Assembly (NCBI RefSeq): GCF_001447785.1
Contig: NW_015167061.1
Coordinates: 193,889-257,888 of the forward strand
Reading direction: 5' to 3'
Length of the DNA stretch: 64,000 nucleotides
Source: Gekko japonicus
Lineage: Eukaryota
Part shown: positions 10,568-50,802 of the stretch, one piece after another
How positions within the stretch are numbered: the stretch's first letter is position 1
Layout: each line of letters begins with the position of its first letter
The notes under the pieces: model-generated
Databases searched by the model: none
What the model saw: the letters and a program-made list of their open reading frames with translations, nothing else
Told to the model about the DNA's origin: nothing
Position numbers and translations under genes: made by a program

Positions 10568-13044
10568 TCCTTAAAAAACAAAACCTTTGGTATTTGTAAA
10601 ATCAAACAAACAATCAATGTTCAAATCATCAGGAAGTCTGTGTCTCGCCCCACAACCCCGAATTTAGAAACAGGACATCGCAACACATTTGGAACAGGAA
10701 AATCAATGGCTCACCTATGCACACCCCTTCAATTAAAGTCGATCATTGTGTCTGCTTTGTTCACAAAAGGCTGAGAAGCCCGTTTGCGGCACTAGATTGA
10801 ACACACGAGAGATAAATATATACATTCTTAATTGGCTGTTATTCACTCTCAAAAGTCGCAGTGATTCAACATCCTCAATCCACTGACAATAAATTAAAAT
10901 GCACACAGATAAATGAGACAACACAGAATTAGAAGCAGAGGGGGAGAACAGAACTGTGTCATTCAAGGTGAGGACCAAAAAAAGTAGAAGAGCTGGCTTG
11001 TTTTCCTATACGATTAAGCAGGGGGGAGAAAGACAGTGTAATTTTCAAGTATTCTCCACTAAAGGGAGTACATGTTATGGAAGCCAACACACATCTAGAG
11101 CAAAGGTATTTAAAAGAGAGAGAGACGGTGAAGAACTCCCACCAGCTCCTGTTTCCTCCTCCGCAAGGCACAAAGGGCAGGTTGCTTGGAAAGGACCTTT
11201 GCTCACCCTGCCTCAGGCATTCTTCAGGCCAGCTAACCGCCCAGGGCTTTCACTCCACACTGTTCATCTCACTTGCTGTCCAAAGGTGCTCCGTAGGACA
11301 CCACTTCTGCCTGACATGGAGTCTTTTTACTGTGCTCTTTAAATGACATGTGCACCCACGCGGCAGCCCCTAACCACTTCTGTGCTCGGGAGCTACGTGT
11401 CATTGTTTTGCTCTGTGTTACTCTCTCTCCTTGGCTAAAACACTGAGAAGAGCTGTTGGTTCTCATAGAGGGAGGCACATGATTGTGAAACTACCCGACA
11501 TAGAAAGAACACAGCTGCTGTCGAAAGCAGTGGCCTCTTATCTTCCTTCTCCCCTTTCCATGGAAATGGCCATTAAACCTCAAGGGACAATAGCGTAACG
11601 CTACTGTGATGGTAACTGGCTGTCCCTTCACTGGTCACTATTTGCCCGGGCCGGTTCTAATATGATGTCGGGGCATACGCTGGCATTTACCAGACATTTC
11701 CAGGAACCAGGAGTCACACGGTTGCTGATTTCAGCAGCAGTTATGCGTTTGTACTGAGGGAATGGCAGCAGCTGGTCGTACCAACTGCTCTTCAACAAGG
11801 TCATGATGCAAAAAGGAAAAAAAGGAGGCCAGGGGAACTTTAGATCTTCAAAAAATACACACACACACCACACAGAGGAAGAAATCAAAACAAAGAATCT
11901 GAGTGAGTTCCAAGGTTCCAGTAGTATGCAAGCTCTACAATGGGAACTTCTAGCCACTTCTCTCTCTCTCTCTCTCTCTCTCTGTTGCATGGGGGGGGGG
12001 TTTTACAAAGTGATTGCTGGAAAGAGCTTATGGATTTCTTTGCTCTGCCGGAAACCAGAACTGCCGGCTTCCTCCCCCGCATTTTACACCTAAATCTAAT
12101 TTTCACAGAACGTCCAGCTTGCCAACAGCTTGCTAATGTTCACTGGCACTACACCTCCTTGGCCCGTCACTCGATAATGGTTGTTGGGTATGCAAACTTC
12201 AACAACAAACACACAATCCGGCCGTAGTTTCCCTTCATTTCAGCTGCTATATCCCCTCCTCACCTCTGGAGGAGAGAAAAAAAGAGGGAGACTTTCTGTC
12301 CCTTGGCTGACAGTCTCTGCTTGTATTGTGAGTCTACCAGAACTATCACCACTCAACACTTGAACCTGCCAAGGAGAAAAGTGGGAGGGAGAGATCAGCA
12401 AACTTTCCTTCAGGCCTAGAGCCTGCTGGAGACAGGAACATAAAAGGCTGTTCCTCGTCTCCTTGGCCTTAAAAGTTCCCCAGTGCCCTGAATCCTACAC
12501 CCGACAGATCCTAATAATAATCCATCACAATACTGTCTGCCACTGGGAGAGGCAGCAAAAACCCAGAGGCCCTAAGGGTCAATCTGTACAGAGCAATTCC
12601 CCAAGCGCCCCTCTCTCGCTTTCAAGTTCATTTTGTCATCTTCACCCTAGTTTAGCACTTATTTCACCAGATCCTCCCTCCCTGTACCTGCTAAGCCAAA
12701 ACCTCAGAACATTCAGCAGCACGCTACTACTTCCTGCAGTCACACATTCTTCTGGAGGCAACTGTGGTCCCCGAAAATAGAAACTGTGCTAAAAGTGCAC
12801 CCTCCCCCTCAAATGTGATTTTGTACCAGAGCAAGCTTAAAAAACAACAACCAAAAACCCGAATGTGAGCTGCTATTCCTTCATACACACGCATACACAC
12901 ACAGAGAGCCTGTCCACAGGACATTTGAACTCCTAACTCGGGCCGCCTACTTTTGGGCTGGGGAGCCTAGGATCAGAAGCCCAAGAGAATGAGTCGGCTG
13001 GCAAAGCGTCCGGCATCTGCACCCCGGCGTGGCTGGCTTCACAC

Positions 13045-16000
13045 CTTGCTTCGGAACAGCGGCTTGGCCCCCGGCCCGCAGTACTCGTTGTAAATGAGTT
13101 TGAAANNNNNNNNNNNNNNNNNNNNNNNNNNNNNNNNNNNNNNNNNNNNNNNNNNNCCGGGATACTGCTTCGCCATGTGCTCTTCGTGCGCCAGGATGGC
13201 CTTCAGGTGCAGCGTGTGCCTCAGGTCCTGCAGGTGGACCAAGTCCGTCGAGATGTACAGCAGCGGCGTGATGGGCTGCGTCACCATGACGGGGAACGTG
13301 TGGCCGCGCAGCTCGGAGGTGAGCTCGACGGGCTCGTTCGAGCAGCCCCCCTCGCAGGCGTACAGCTGGACGGGCTTCTCCTGGGACTTCACAGAGACGT
13401 GCAGGAAGGGTTTCCCTTCCGCGTCCAGCAGGACGGCCAAGTTGATCGCGTCCTTGTTGTAATGGATCCCGCGCAAGGAGTAGCTGTTGTGGAGCACGTC
13501 CGGGTCGGCTTGAAACTGGAGGTGGTTCTCGGTGAACTGCAGCCCTCCAAAGCTAAGCACCATCCCTTGCATGAGGCCGTGGGCTCCGGCCGCCAGGAGG
13601 CCTTTGCACCCCCGCTTCTGGAGGGTCAGCTTCCACAAATCTGAGAGCTGCAGGACCTGAGGCACGCTCAGCAAGTGTGCCGGCCACAGGTTCTCTGCGT
13701 GCATCGTGGCATGGCCACTGAAGCAGTGGTCTGCATAGTTCAGGGTGGCTTCCATTTTCTCCTTTTCCTCGCCGCTGATGAGAGGGTCCAGCAAAGGAGC
13801 TGGGGTGGTAGAAAGGACATAATAGAGGGTCATGTTGACGGTCTTGCTGGAAGGGGTGTGAGCATCAGTGATCTTCCTCATTTCTACCCCTGCAACACAA
13901 AGAAATGATTTAGATTTGTAAGAATGAACGAAAATGTATACAAATGGCTTGGACCTGCAAAATAACCTACTCAAATGTTAAATATCCTTCCTTTCACATT
14001 CTCAAAAACTTTGTAAGGCAAATTCAGTGGAAGCAGAGCTTTAAAAGGGGCCGCGGAGGCTCAGCGGTTAAGACACTGAGCTGCAGACCGGAAGGTTGGT
14101 CGCTCGGCAGTTTGAGACCCGAGTGCCGCGTGATGGCGTGAGCTCCCGTCTCTGGCCCCAGCTCCTGCCAACCTAGCAGTTCGAAAGCAAGAAGTTGCAA
14201 ATGGATAAATAGGTACAGCTTCGGTGGGAAGGTAACAGCGTTCCGTGAGCCTCAGGGTTTAGTCATGCCGGCCACGTGACCACGAAGAAGTCTTCAGACA
14301 GCACTGGCCCTTCGGCTTGGAAACGGAGATGAGCACCACCCCCTGCAGTTCGATTTGACTGGCTTTTGAGCAAGGGAAACCTTTACCTTGACCTTACTTA
14401 GAGCTTTTAAAAAGGCTGTGAGGCAAAATCTAGGGACTCCTCCCACCCCTGTATATTCAGCATCGTAACAATTAGCTACAAATTTGCTGTGGAATGAAGA
14501 AAGTTTAGCCCAAATTGGGGGGGGGGGGGAATTAGTGAATAAGTAGCACCAGGAGACTTTAAATAGAATACTTTTCAGATCAAGCATGTGCCTATTCTTG
14601 TTTTCACAAGGCGGCACCTTTTGATTCTCAAACCTGATGCCAACCAAACAGGGAGGGGGAAATGTATTTGCCTAAAGAGCCATACAGGAGCCCAGCTGTG
14701 GAAGTTTCAAACCGGGACAGAAAGATCGTGCCCAGTTTTCCCCACATAATATTTAATGTCCTGGAATATTCTGTGTGTGTGTGTGTGGGGGGGGATAAAT
14801 CAGCCACCTCTTGCCTTTGACAGAGCAGATTCTGGCTGGATTATATAACAGGGTTTAATTCGTAAAATGCAAAGTCACGGCTCTTGGAATTACAGAGAAG
14901 CTATGACCTATATAGTCGGCTCCTTTTAACCCTTGCATGCAGGTGAGCTGCAGGAAATGAAAAAGTCCTGGGAAACGCATGGAACGGGAAATAAGAAGAG
15001 TACTGAGCCCTGTTAAAGCCAAGTTCATGCGGATACTGATTCCTGCACAACTACTTGAAATGGGGTGAACTAACAAGTCTCTTCTCACACTTTGTATGCC
15101 TCAGTTTCCACTGTCCATTTGCCCATCGCAGAAAGGAGGACTGGAAAGCAAACAGCTCTGGGACACACCAAAGTGGTTCTACTCAATACCTTTGGTCTGT
15201 CAAAACCCGTGCTGTCTACTCTGACTAGCAGTGGCTGTCCCAGGCAGAAGTCTTCCTCATCACCCATCAGCCAGTGTTCCCTCCAAGCTGAGTTAGTGTG
15301 AGCCAGCTCACAGTTTTTTTAGCCTCCGGCTCACACCTTTTTGTCTTCGCTCAGGAAGGAAGGCTCCAGAGCAAACTCATCTACGCAGCTGCCAAATCGC
15401 TGGCTCACAACTTCAATGCCAGGAGCTCACCAAGGAGAATTTTTGCTCACAAGACTCCACAGCTTAGGGGGAGCACTGCCTACGACCTGATCCTTTTAGC
15501 TGGGGATGCCAGGGGTTGAACCTGGGACTTCTGCAATGGAAGAATGGCTGGCTATTATGCTCCTACACAAGCCGATTCCGACTAACCCAGTCTTAAAGAT
15601 TCAAGGGAACCAGGGAAGCTGTCAGGACTGAGTCGCCAGGGGCCAGGCGGACGACGCACCCCTCTCACCTGAGAGGAACAGGTCGGCCCAGGCCTTCCGG
15701 TGCTCCTGCAGCAGCTCTTCCACCCTCATCCTCAGCACCTCCAGCATCTCTCTCTTGGCCGCCTCCCGGAGCTTGCTGAAGGTGTCGTCCAGGCGGGAGG
15801 CGTCGATGGGCTCCGAGGTGTGCACCACAGACACCAGCGTCTCGTCGAACTGGGACTTGGGCGCCACCTGCACCCGGCTGACCAGCTTCTTGGCGGCCAC
15901 CACCACCAGGACCACCTGGGCACTGTCCGGCTGGAGGACGCGGCCCGAGGAGAGCAGGAACTGCCGGTCGCCCACTTTCTCCAAGCTGGTGACAAATTTG

Positions 16001-16258
16001 CCGCCGGCCGCGGCCGCACCGCCGGTCAGGGAGGACGCCGAGAGCGGGCCGGAGACCTCGAAGGCCACCTGGCGCTCGGTGGGGTTGACGATGGCCAGGC
16101 GCTGCAGGTACAGGTGGGGCCGCCGGCGGTGGGCCACCACCTCCTCCCGGACGGCCACGCACTCCCGGGCCGCCCCGTCGGAGGCCGCCGGCCCGGTGTG
16201 GAGGCAGCGGACCCGGTGGACGGCCCCGTCCCGCAGCATGGCCACGGCGGCCCCCCCT
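13045..16258 (-). CDS. KIAA2013: KIAA2013 (uncharacterised membrane protein); join(<16258..15669, 13889..13045); start codon in the N-gap 16259-16859; final exon unresolved
   Basis: Translations ...VREEVVAHRRRPHLYLQRL...WADLFLSG|VEMRKITDAHTPSSKTVNMTLYYVLS...YNEYCGPGAKPLFRSK match KIAA2013. The phase-1 intron 15668-13890 is GT..AG. Read-through of the exon 2 donor gives RSKV-stop at 13039. Confidence 0.93.
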
Positions 16259-17060
16259 NNNNNNNNNNNNNNNNNNNNNNNNNNNNNNNNNNNNNNNNNN
16301 NNNNNNNNNNNNNNNNNNNNNNNNNNNNNNNNNNNNNNNNNNNNNNNNNNNNNNNNNNNNNNNNNNNNNNNNNNNNNNNNNNNNNNNNNNNNNNNNNNNN
16401 NNNNNNNNNNNNNNNNNNNNNNNNNNNNNNNNNNNNNNNNNNNNNNNNNNNNNNNNNNNNNNNNNNNNNNNNNNNNNNNNNNNNNNNNNNNNNNNNNNNN
16501 NNNNNNNNNNNNNNNNNNNNNNNNNNNNNNNNNNNNNNNNNNNNNNNNNNNNNNNNNNNNNNNNNNNNNNNNNNNNNNNNNNNNNNNNNNNNNNNNNNNN
16601 NNNNNNNNNNNNNNNNNNNNNNNNNNNNNNNNNNNNNNNNNNNNNNNNNNNNNNNNNNNNNNNNNNNNNNNNNNNNNNNNNNNNNNNNNNNNNNNNNNNN
16701 NNNNNNNNNNNNNNNNNNNNNNNNNNNNNNNNNNNNNNNNNNNNNNNNNNNNNNNNNNNNNNNNNNNNNNNNNNNNNNNNNNNNNNNNNNNNNNNNNNNN
16801 NNNNNNNNNNNNNNNNNNNNNNNNNNNNNNNNNNNNNNNNNNNNNNNNNNNNNNNNNNNGGCTCGGGGAGGGAGGGAGGCCGCCGCCGCCGCCACCTCCT
16901 CCTTTCGGTTTCCTCCCGCGGAGGCGGGGAGGGAGGGGTGAGGAGAGCTCGGCTTTCAGGGCGCCGAGGGCGGCGCGGCCCCGGGGCATGTGCAGAGCGC
17001 GCCCGCGTCTCAAAAGTGGGCTCTGCTGCCACCACAGCGCGGCGGGAGGACCCGGAGCAT
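15650..17060. promoter_or_regulatory. CpG island / promoter of KIAA2013
   Basis: Very GC- and CpG-rich, (GCC)n run, N-gap typical of GC-rich first exons. Confidence 0.75.
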
Positions 17061-18480
17061 GTGGAGAGTGCCTTTTCCTCCCGCTGGGCAACATCTTTGG
17101 GGGGGGGGCATTCTGCTCAGCAGCGTTTTCCTGAGCATGTGTGGAGTGCCTTTTCCTTGTGCGGAGCAACATCTTCTTTGGAGGACTCGACGACAGTGGT
17201 TTCCTGAGCATGTGGGGAGTGCCTTTTGCTTTTCCTCTGCAGAGCAACCTTTTTTGGGAGAACTCTAAGACAATGGTTTCCTGAGCATGTGGGGAGTGCC
17301 TTTTCCTCCTGCTGGACAGCATCTTTTGGGGGGCATTCTGCTCGGCAGCGTTTTCCTGAGCATGTGTGGAGTACCTTTTCCTTGTGCGGAGCAACATCTT
17401 CTTTGGAGGACTTGACGACAGTGGTTTCCTGAGCATGTGGGGAGTGCCTTTTCCTCCTGCTGGACAGCATCTTTTGGGGGGCATTCTGCTCGGCAGCGTT
17501 TTCCTGAGCATGTGGGGAGTGCCTTTTCCTCGGCAGAGCAACCTTTTTTTGGAGGACTTTACGACAATATCTTTTGGAGGCATCTATGGCAACATTTTCC
17601 TGAGCATTTTCCTTTTTCTTCTGCAGATCAGCATTTTTAAAGGATTCCATGGCAGCATTTTCCTGAGCATGTGAAGAGTGCTTTTCCTTGCATAGAACAA
17701 TATTTTGGAAAGGGTCTGTGGTAAAAAGAATTGTGCAGAGTACGTTTCTTAGACAAAACAGGAAAGATTTGTGCACGGAGCAGCCACAGAGAGTTGCTGC
17801 CATGGGGTTTTCAAGACATTTGGTCTTCTTGGGTCCCTTTGAGCATCTGCAGAGTGCTTTTCTGCGCACCATACGGGATGTGATTGGGGCCTAAAGTACT
17901 GGAGGACTTTTTTCCTGTTATGGTCCTGAGGTGAAAATGTACCCGAGCATGTGTTAAGTGCCTTTTCCTGAGAAGAACAGGTGCCTATGGATCAAGGAGC
18001 TCACTCAGTATGTAAAAAAATGTCTTTTTCTTGAGCAGCACAAAACCTTTTTTGGGGAAAAGTGATGAGGATGTAGTCTTTCAGGCCCCCTTAAGCAGAT
18101 GCAGAATGTTTCCTTAAGCACGGTGTGAAACTAAGAGATGGATGACCTGGAGAATATGTAGAATACCTTTTCCTTGCACGGAGGCACAGTTTTGCATTTG
18201 TTAAAACCAACAGCAGTGTCCCAGAGTGTGTGTACATTTCGTTGCTGAAAACATATTTATCATGTCATTTATAGCCCATTTTCCTCCCCATTGGGTCCCA
18301 GAGCAGCTTACACCGTTCTCTTCTCCATTTTATCCTCACGGGAGGGGGCTTTTTAATGATCTAAGGGTGGTGTCTCTTGGTCCGTGCAAAATACCATTCC
18401 CCTGAGAACAAATCTTTTCAGTTAAAAATGGTGTATAAGGGCAAAGTAGCCTTGAGTGTACATAGAATGCACATCTCCTT
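17050..18480. repeat. ~75-bp tandem array, core TTTCCTGAGCATGTG(G/T)GGAGTGCCTTTTCC, decaying rightwards
   Basis: Cores at ~17055, 17131, 17204, 17281, 17356, 17429, 17504 (spacing 73-77 bp); degenerate copies at ~17600, 17663, 17840, 17943, 18092, 18150, 18452. Confidence 0.85.
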
Positions 18481-18892
18481 TTTATTAGGGAAATGAAAAT
18501 GTCGGACACCCCCCACCAGTGTTCCCTCTAAGCTGAGTTAGCGTGAGCTAGCTCACAGTTTTTTAGCCTCCAGCTCACAGATTTTTGTTTTAGCTCAGGA
18601 AGGATGGGTCCAGAGCAAACTAATTTATTCAGTAGCCAAATCACTTGCTCACAACTTTAATGCCAGTAGCTCACAAAGTAGAATTTTTGCTCACAAAACT
18701 CCACAGCTTAAAGGGAACATTGCCCCCCACATACACACGCACAAATGTTCTGGCAGCAGCTGAGGAAGACGAAATGCCGACCAAGTCTGTTACGTGTGGT
18801 GACAGGCAGAGATCTAACTGATAAAACTTTGCCAATGTGGAATGAGGAAAGTGTTCACGGTTGAATTTCTGCCTGTTAGGCAGCTGCTGAAG

Positions 18893-19145
18893 TCAGTTCA
18901 GTTCAGTTAACTTTTATTGGCGTAAAATACCTTAAAAGAGGATTACTATAAAAAGAAATATACATGTAAAACCATATATAACCATACATATAGATCATAA
19001 TGTAACATAAAACCATTACAATTCCCCTTGCTTCTCCTCCAAAAAGGTCTCCTTTCAGTACGGACAGGTTTTTGGAAATGGGGATTCTAGTCCTCATGAA
19101 TATAGAACACACAGAGGTGCGGCTCCTCTGGATTAAATAGTCCAG
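18893..19145 (-). mobile_element. LINE 3' end with AATAAA and (CTGAA)n tail
   Basis: Minus strand ...GCCAATAAAAGTTAACTGAACTGAACTGA. Confidence 0.5.
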
Positions 19146-20141
19146 GGCTATGATCAGGTACCTGATGAGTGAACTACCCCTGTTGAGAACACCAGTGCAA
19201 ACTAAGTTGAATGGGAACTACTGCCTAGTAAGGATGGTTTAGGAATGCGGCATTAATTGGTCCAACCAGTAGATTAAATGTTTAGTTAATCAATGGGAAG
19301 AGAAGAGGATGAGATTTTTTTTTTAATTGGCTACATCAGATTTGAATCCACACTGAGTTATAGCTGTGTTTGTTTATTTTTGAAGATTTTTTGTTGTTCA
19401 GGTGTATTTCTGTAAAATCTAACGCGGCTTTTCCTTCAGATTATGGCACAGATATTTCTGGATTTATGTTGTAAATTAGCACTGTATCTGAAGAAGCTTG
19501 TGTGCTCACGAAAGCTTCTACCCAGAATTAGACTTGGTTGGCCTTAAAGGTGCCGCTGGACTCAAACATTGTTCTGTGGCTTCTGACCAACACGGCCGCC
19601 GACCTGAATCAAAAAAGTGAAGTTTTGATTATTTTGCAGATATTTCAGTCGAAATTCTATCATTGCTGGACAGTCGTGGGGAGAGAACCCAATGACAGAG
19701 GCTGTCATTCTGGAATCATTAACCAGGACTTGCAGAGTGCCATTTTGGATTTGAACAAGCCACATATTTTTACCAGGGTCAATTCACCAAAGTCATACTG
19801 AGACCCTAAGATAACAGTGACTTGTGTTCTGCAGTTGAAATCTGTTTTTATTCCAAGGCGTAGCCTTTCTGATGCTGTAGCTCCCCTCCTGGGACGATCT
19901 CTGGATCTTGAGGCAGGCTGGATTGGGGTGTGTGTGTGTGTGGAAGGCAGGAGAGGCCTGTAAAGCGGAGGAGCCCCCCCCCCTTCCTGCAAGAGGCGTG
20001 CTTATTGCGTGGCACAGCAGCTCCGGGACGACTGGGAGGGACTTGTGCAAAGCAGAGCGGCATCCCATCCGTCTCTCCAAAAAGCTTAGCTGTTATTTAT
20101 TTATTTTTTTGCAAGATCCGCTGCGGAGAGCCCCTCAAAAG

Positions 20142-47909
<27,768 letters not shown>

Positions 47910-50226
47910 ACACACATCTTCCAAAAGAAGAGTCAGAGGAATAACATACCAGCTTTTGCACCAAAGAAACCCCCTCCTGAAAACTTCCCCTGCAGATTTG
48001 CTTGGATACGGATTTGGAACATAATCTCACCTGCAAACACACACGGATGCTCTAGATTGGACAGCCTCCTCTCTCTGTTTCTTGTTCGTGTCCTTTGACT
48101 TGGATTTCTGCTCCGCCACAGGGAGGGGACATCTTGGTTTGAAAACTCTGCCCTGGTTTTGAAGAAGTGGGGTGGGGAAGACACTTGGACCATCGTCTCC
48201 ACCTCTGCTTCCTCCAGTCTGCAAAGGAAAACGAGTTTCTGTTGGACGAACCGAAGCTTAAAGCCACGGCACGTTAGGAAGCTTTGAAGGATTGTAAACT
48301 CCTTCAGGTCCGTGCCGCATAGGTGCTATTTTTACTGAATGCTCCCCCCCCCCGAGTGAATCTGAATTCTCGTGAATTCTTCGTAGCTAGAGAAAGGGAT
48401 TCCCTCCAGCCAGCTATGCCAAAGCAAATGCACAGAGGATGGCTCTCTGTTCGAAATAACTCCCAAAGCTGGATGCGTCCCACAATCCTCACACATCTCT
48501 CCCAGCAGGATATGTGAACTCTACCTTCAAGTGGAGTGTACTCAACTTTCTGCAGGGGGAGATGCCTGCCCCAGGTGCGGCTGACGGTCCTTTGCAACCC
48601 ACTTAACCTGGCATGGCAGGAGGGGACAGGAGAAGGCAAAAAGCCTTCATCCGCTTCTGTGCCTGTGTCCCCTGAAACCTTGTAGCCGGGTGGTGGCAGC
48701 CATTTGAGTGTTGAACCAGCTCAAGCCAGGCTGTCGGTTCTCAGAAATTCTCACATCCACAGTGCCTCTGAGCTTCTGAAGAGCGCCCTGACTTTCAGCG
48801 GGGCAAAAGTGTTGGATTCTTTTCAAAACGTTCAAATGGATTCTAGACCAAAATGCTTCTGATCACGAGCAGTTCATCCTTTGTCTTCTGACCGGAGTCA
48901 CCAGACACAGCTTTTTACACCACACAGTGTAAGGGTATAGTGCCTTTGAACATGTGCCGAGTGCCCATGCTTCTGCAGGGTGCCGTCTTCTTTTAATTCC
49001 TGCAAATAATAAGAATACTTGACGACCAGTGTTCCCTCTAAGCTGAGTTAGTGTGAGCTAGCTCACAGTTTTTTAGCCTCCGGCTCACCTATTTCTGTCT
49101 TCACACAGGATGGGTGGCTCCAGAGCAAACTAATTTATGCAGTAGCCAAATCACCTGCTCACAACTTTAATGATGGCAGCTCACAAAGTAGAAGTTTTGC
49201 TCACAAGACTCCACAGCTTAGAGGGAGCATTGGTCAGGGTATACTTATGGGTTGGGCTCGCTCTCCAAGAACTGTCAGATGTCGGTGGTGGCAGTGGTGG
49301 CGGCGGCTCCAAAAGCCTGGCGGAAGAGCTCCGTTTTACAGGCGGAACTGTAACAGGTCCCGCAGGGCCCTGATCTCCTCCGGGAGCTCATTTCACCAGA
49401 GTGGAGCTACCACCGAGAAAGCCCTGGCCCTAGTTATTGCTAGCCTGGNNNNNNNNNNNNNNNNNNNNNNNNNNNNNNNNNNNNNNNNNNNNNNNNNNNN
49501 NNNNNNNNNNNNNNNNNNNNNNNNNNNNNNNNNNNNNNNNNNNNNNNNNNNNNNNNNNNNNNNNNNNNNNNNNNNNNNNNNNNNNNNNNNNNNNNNNNNN
49601 NNNNNNNNNNNNNNNNNNNNNNNNNNNNNNNNNNNNNNNNNNNNNNNNNNNNNNNNNNNNNNNNNNNNNNNNNNNNNNNNNNNNNNNNNNNNNNNNNNNN
49701 NNNNNNNNNNNNNNNNNNNNNNNNNNNNNNNNNNNNNNNNNNNNNNNNNNNNNNNNNNNNNNNNNNNNNNNNNNNNNNNNNNNNNGTCTACTGGCAGAGG
49801 AGTTCCACCCCCCCCCCCCCCCGGAGTGTCTTGGTTAGTGAAGCCGCCTGAGGATATCTCAGAGTTGCCATCGTCCTATCCCTGGATATCAGTTGTCAGG
49901 GGCTGGCATTACCTTTGTGTTTCAACTGTGATCTCCCAGGAGGCATTTTTTGGAAAAAAATGCTAGGCCAGATGGACAGTCATCTGATCCAGCAGTGCAA
50001 TTGTTACTGAATGCAGCGTTTTTCCATCTTGCCCGTGTTCCTTTTGCTTTATTTTAATTTATTTGCACCCGGCCCTTCTTCCAAGGAATGTAAACGGGAC
50101 ACAGCTATGAATAGTTAACTTAAACAAGGTTACGCCATGCAAAAATATGTAATAAACAAACTCATAATGATAAAGGTTCTAAGTGTGCTTTATCCCAAAT
50201 ATAATAGTAAGTATAAATAAGATATA

Positions 50227-50802
50227 ATACGTATACAACTACATTTAAATCAAAAGTCAATGGCAGAGATGTCCATTCCAAATACTTGAAAGATCTGACG
50301 TAGGAAAACTTTCCAAAGAATTATCCTGCTGTGTAAGAAAGTTTGCTTCCTCCTGACTTCATTAGGGTGATGAAGCTGTGTGGCAAATGAGGATCTACAA
50401 ACAGAATTCTGTGTATGAACATATAACAAACTACATATAATTATAAAGATTATAAGACTTGATATCTGGAAACAGTTGCATTCCGTAATTATGTGATCTT
50501 ATTACCCGTGAAAATTGTGAGTAGTCTTTATTGGAATCAAGTGCTTTTTTAATACTATGATGAGCACTATATGTCGTTTGTTATATGTTTATACATAGGA
50601 TTTATCGATAGTTCGTTGGGTGTGGATCCTCATTTGCTATATAGCTTCATCACCCTAATGAAGCTGGGAGGAAGCGAACTTTCTTACACAGCAGGATAAT
50701 TCTTTGGAAAGTTTTCCTACGTCAGATCTTTCAAGTGTTTGGAACGGACATCTTTGAGATTGAATTTTGACTTTTGGTTTAAATGTAGTTGTATACGTAT
50801 TA
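50227..50802. mobile_element. Penelope-like ~215-bp inverted repeat
   Basis: 50227-50439 vs 50568-50802 are imperfect reverse complements; decayed CTAATGA..GAAC core. Confidence 0.7.

Noticed and set aside
1-13000. Natriuretic peptide genes or U5 snRNA expected from human synteny
   Set aside because: No CFGxxxDRI ring motif or U5 sequence was seen in the window.
17050-17700. CRISPR-like repeat/spacer appearance
   Set aside because: Eukaryotic context, spacers are related to one another and recur, and no cas genes are present; it is a tandem repeat.
15622-17872. Long ORFs (653, 456, 459, 413, 251 aa)
   Set aside because: Artefacts of translating through the N-gap and the tandem array; only the KIAA2013 frame at 15669-16258 is real.
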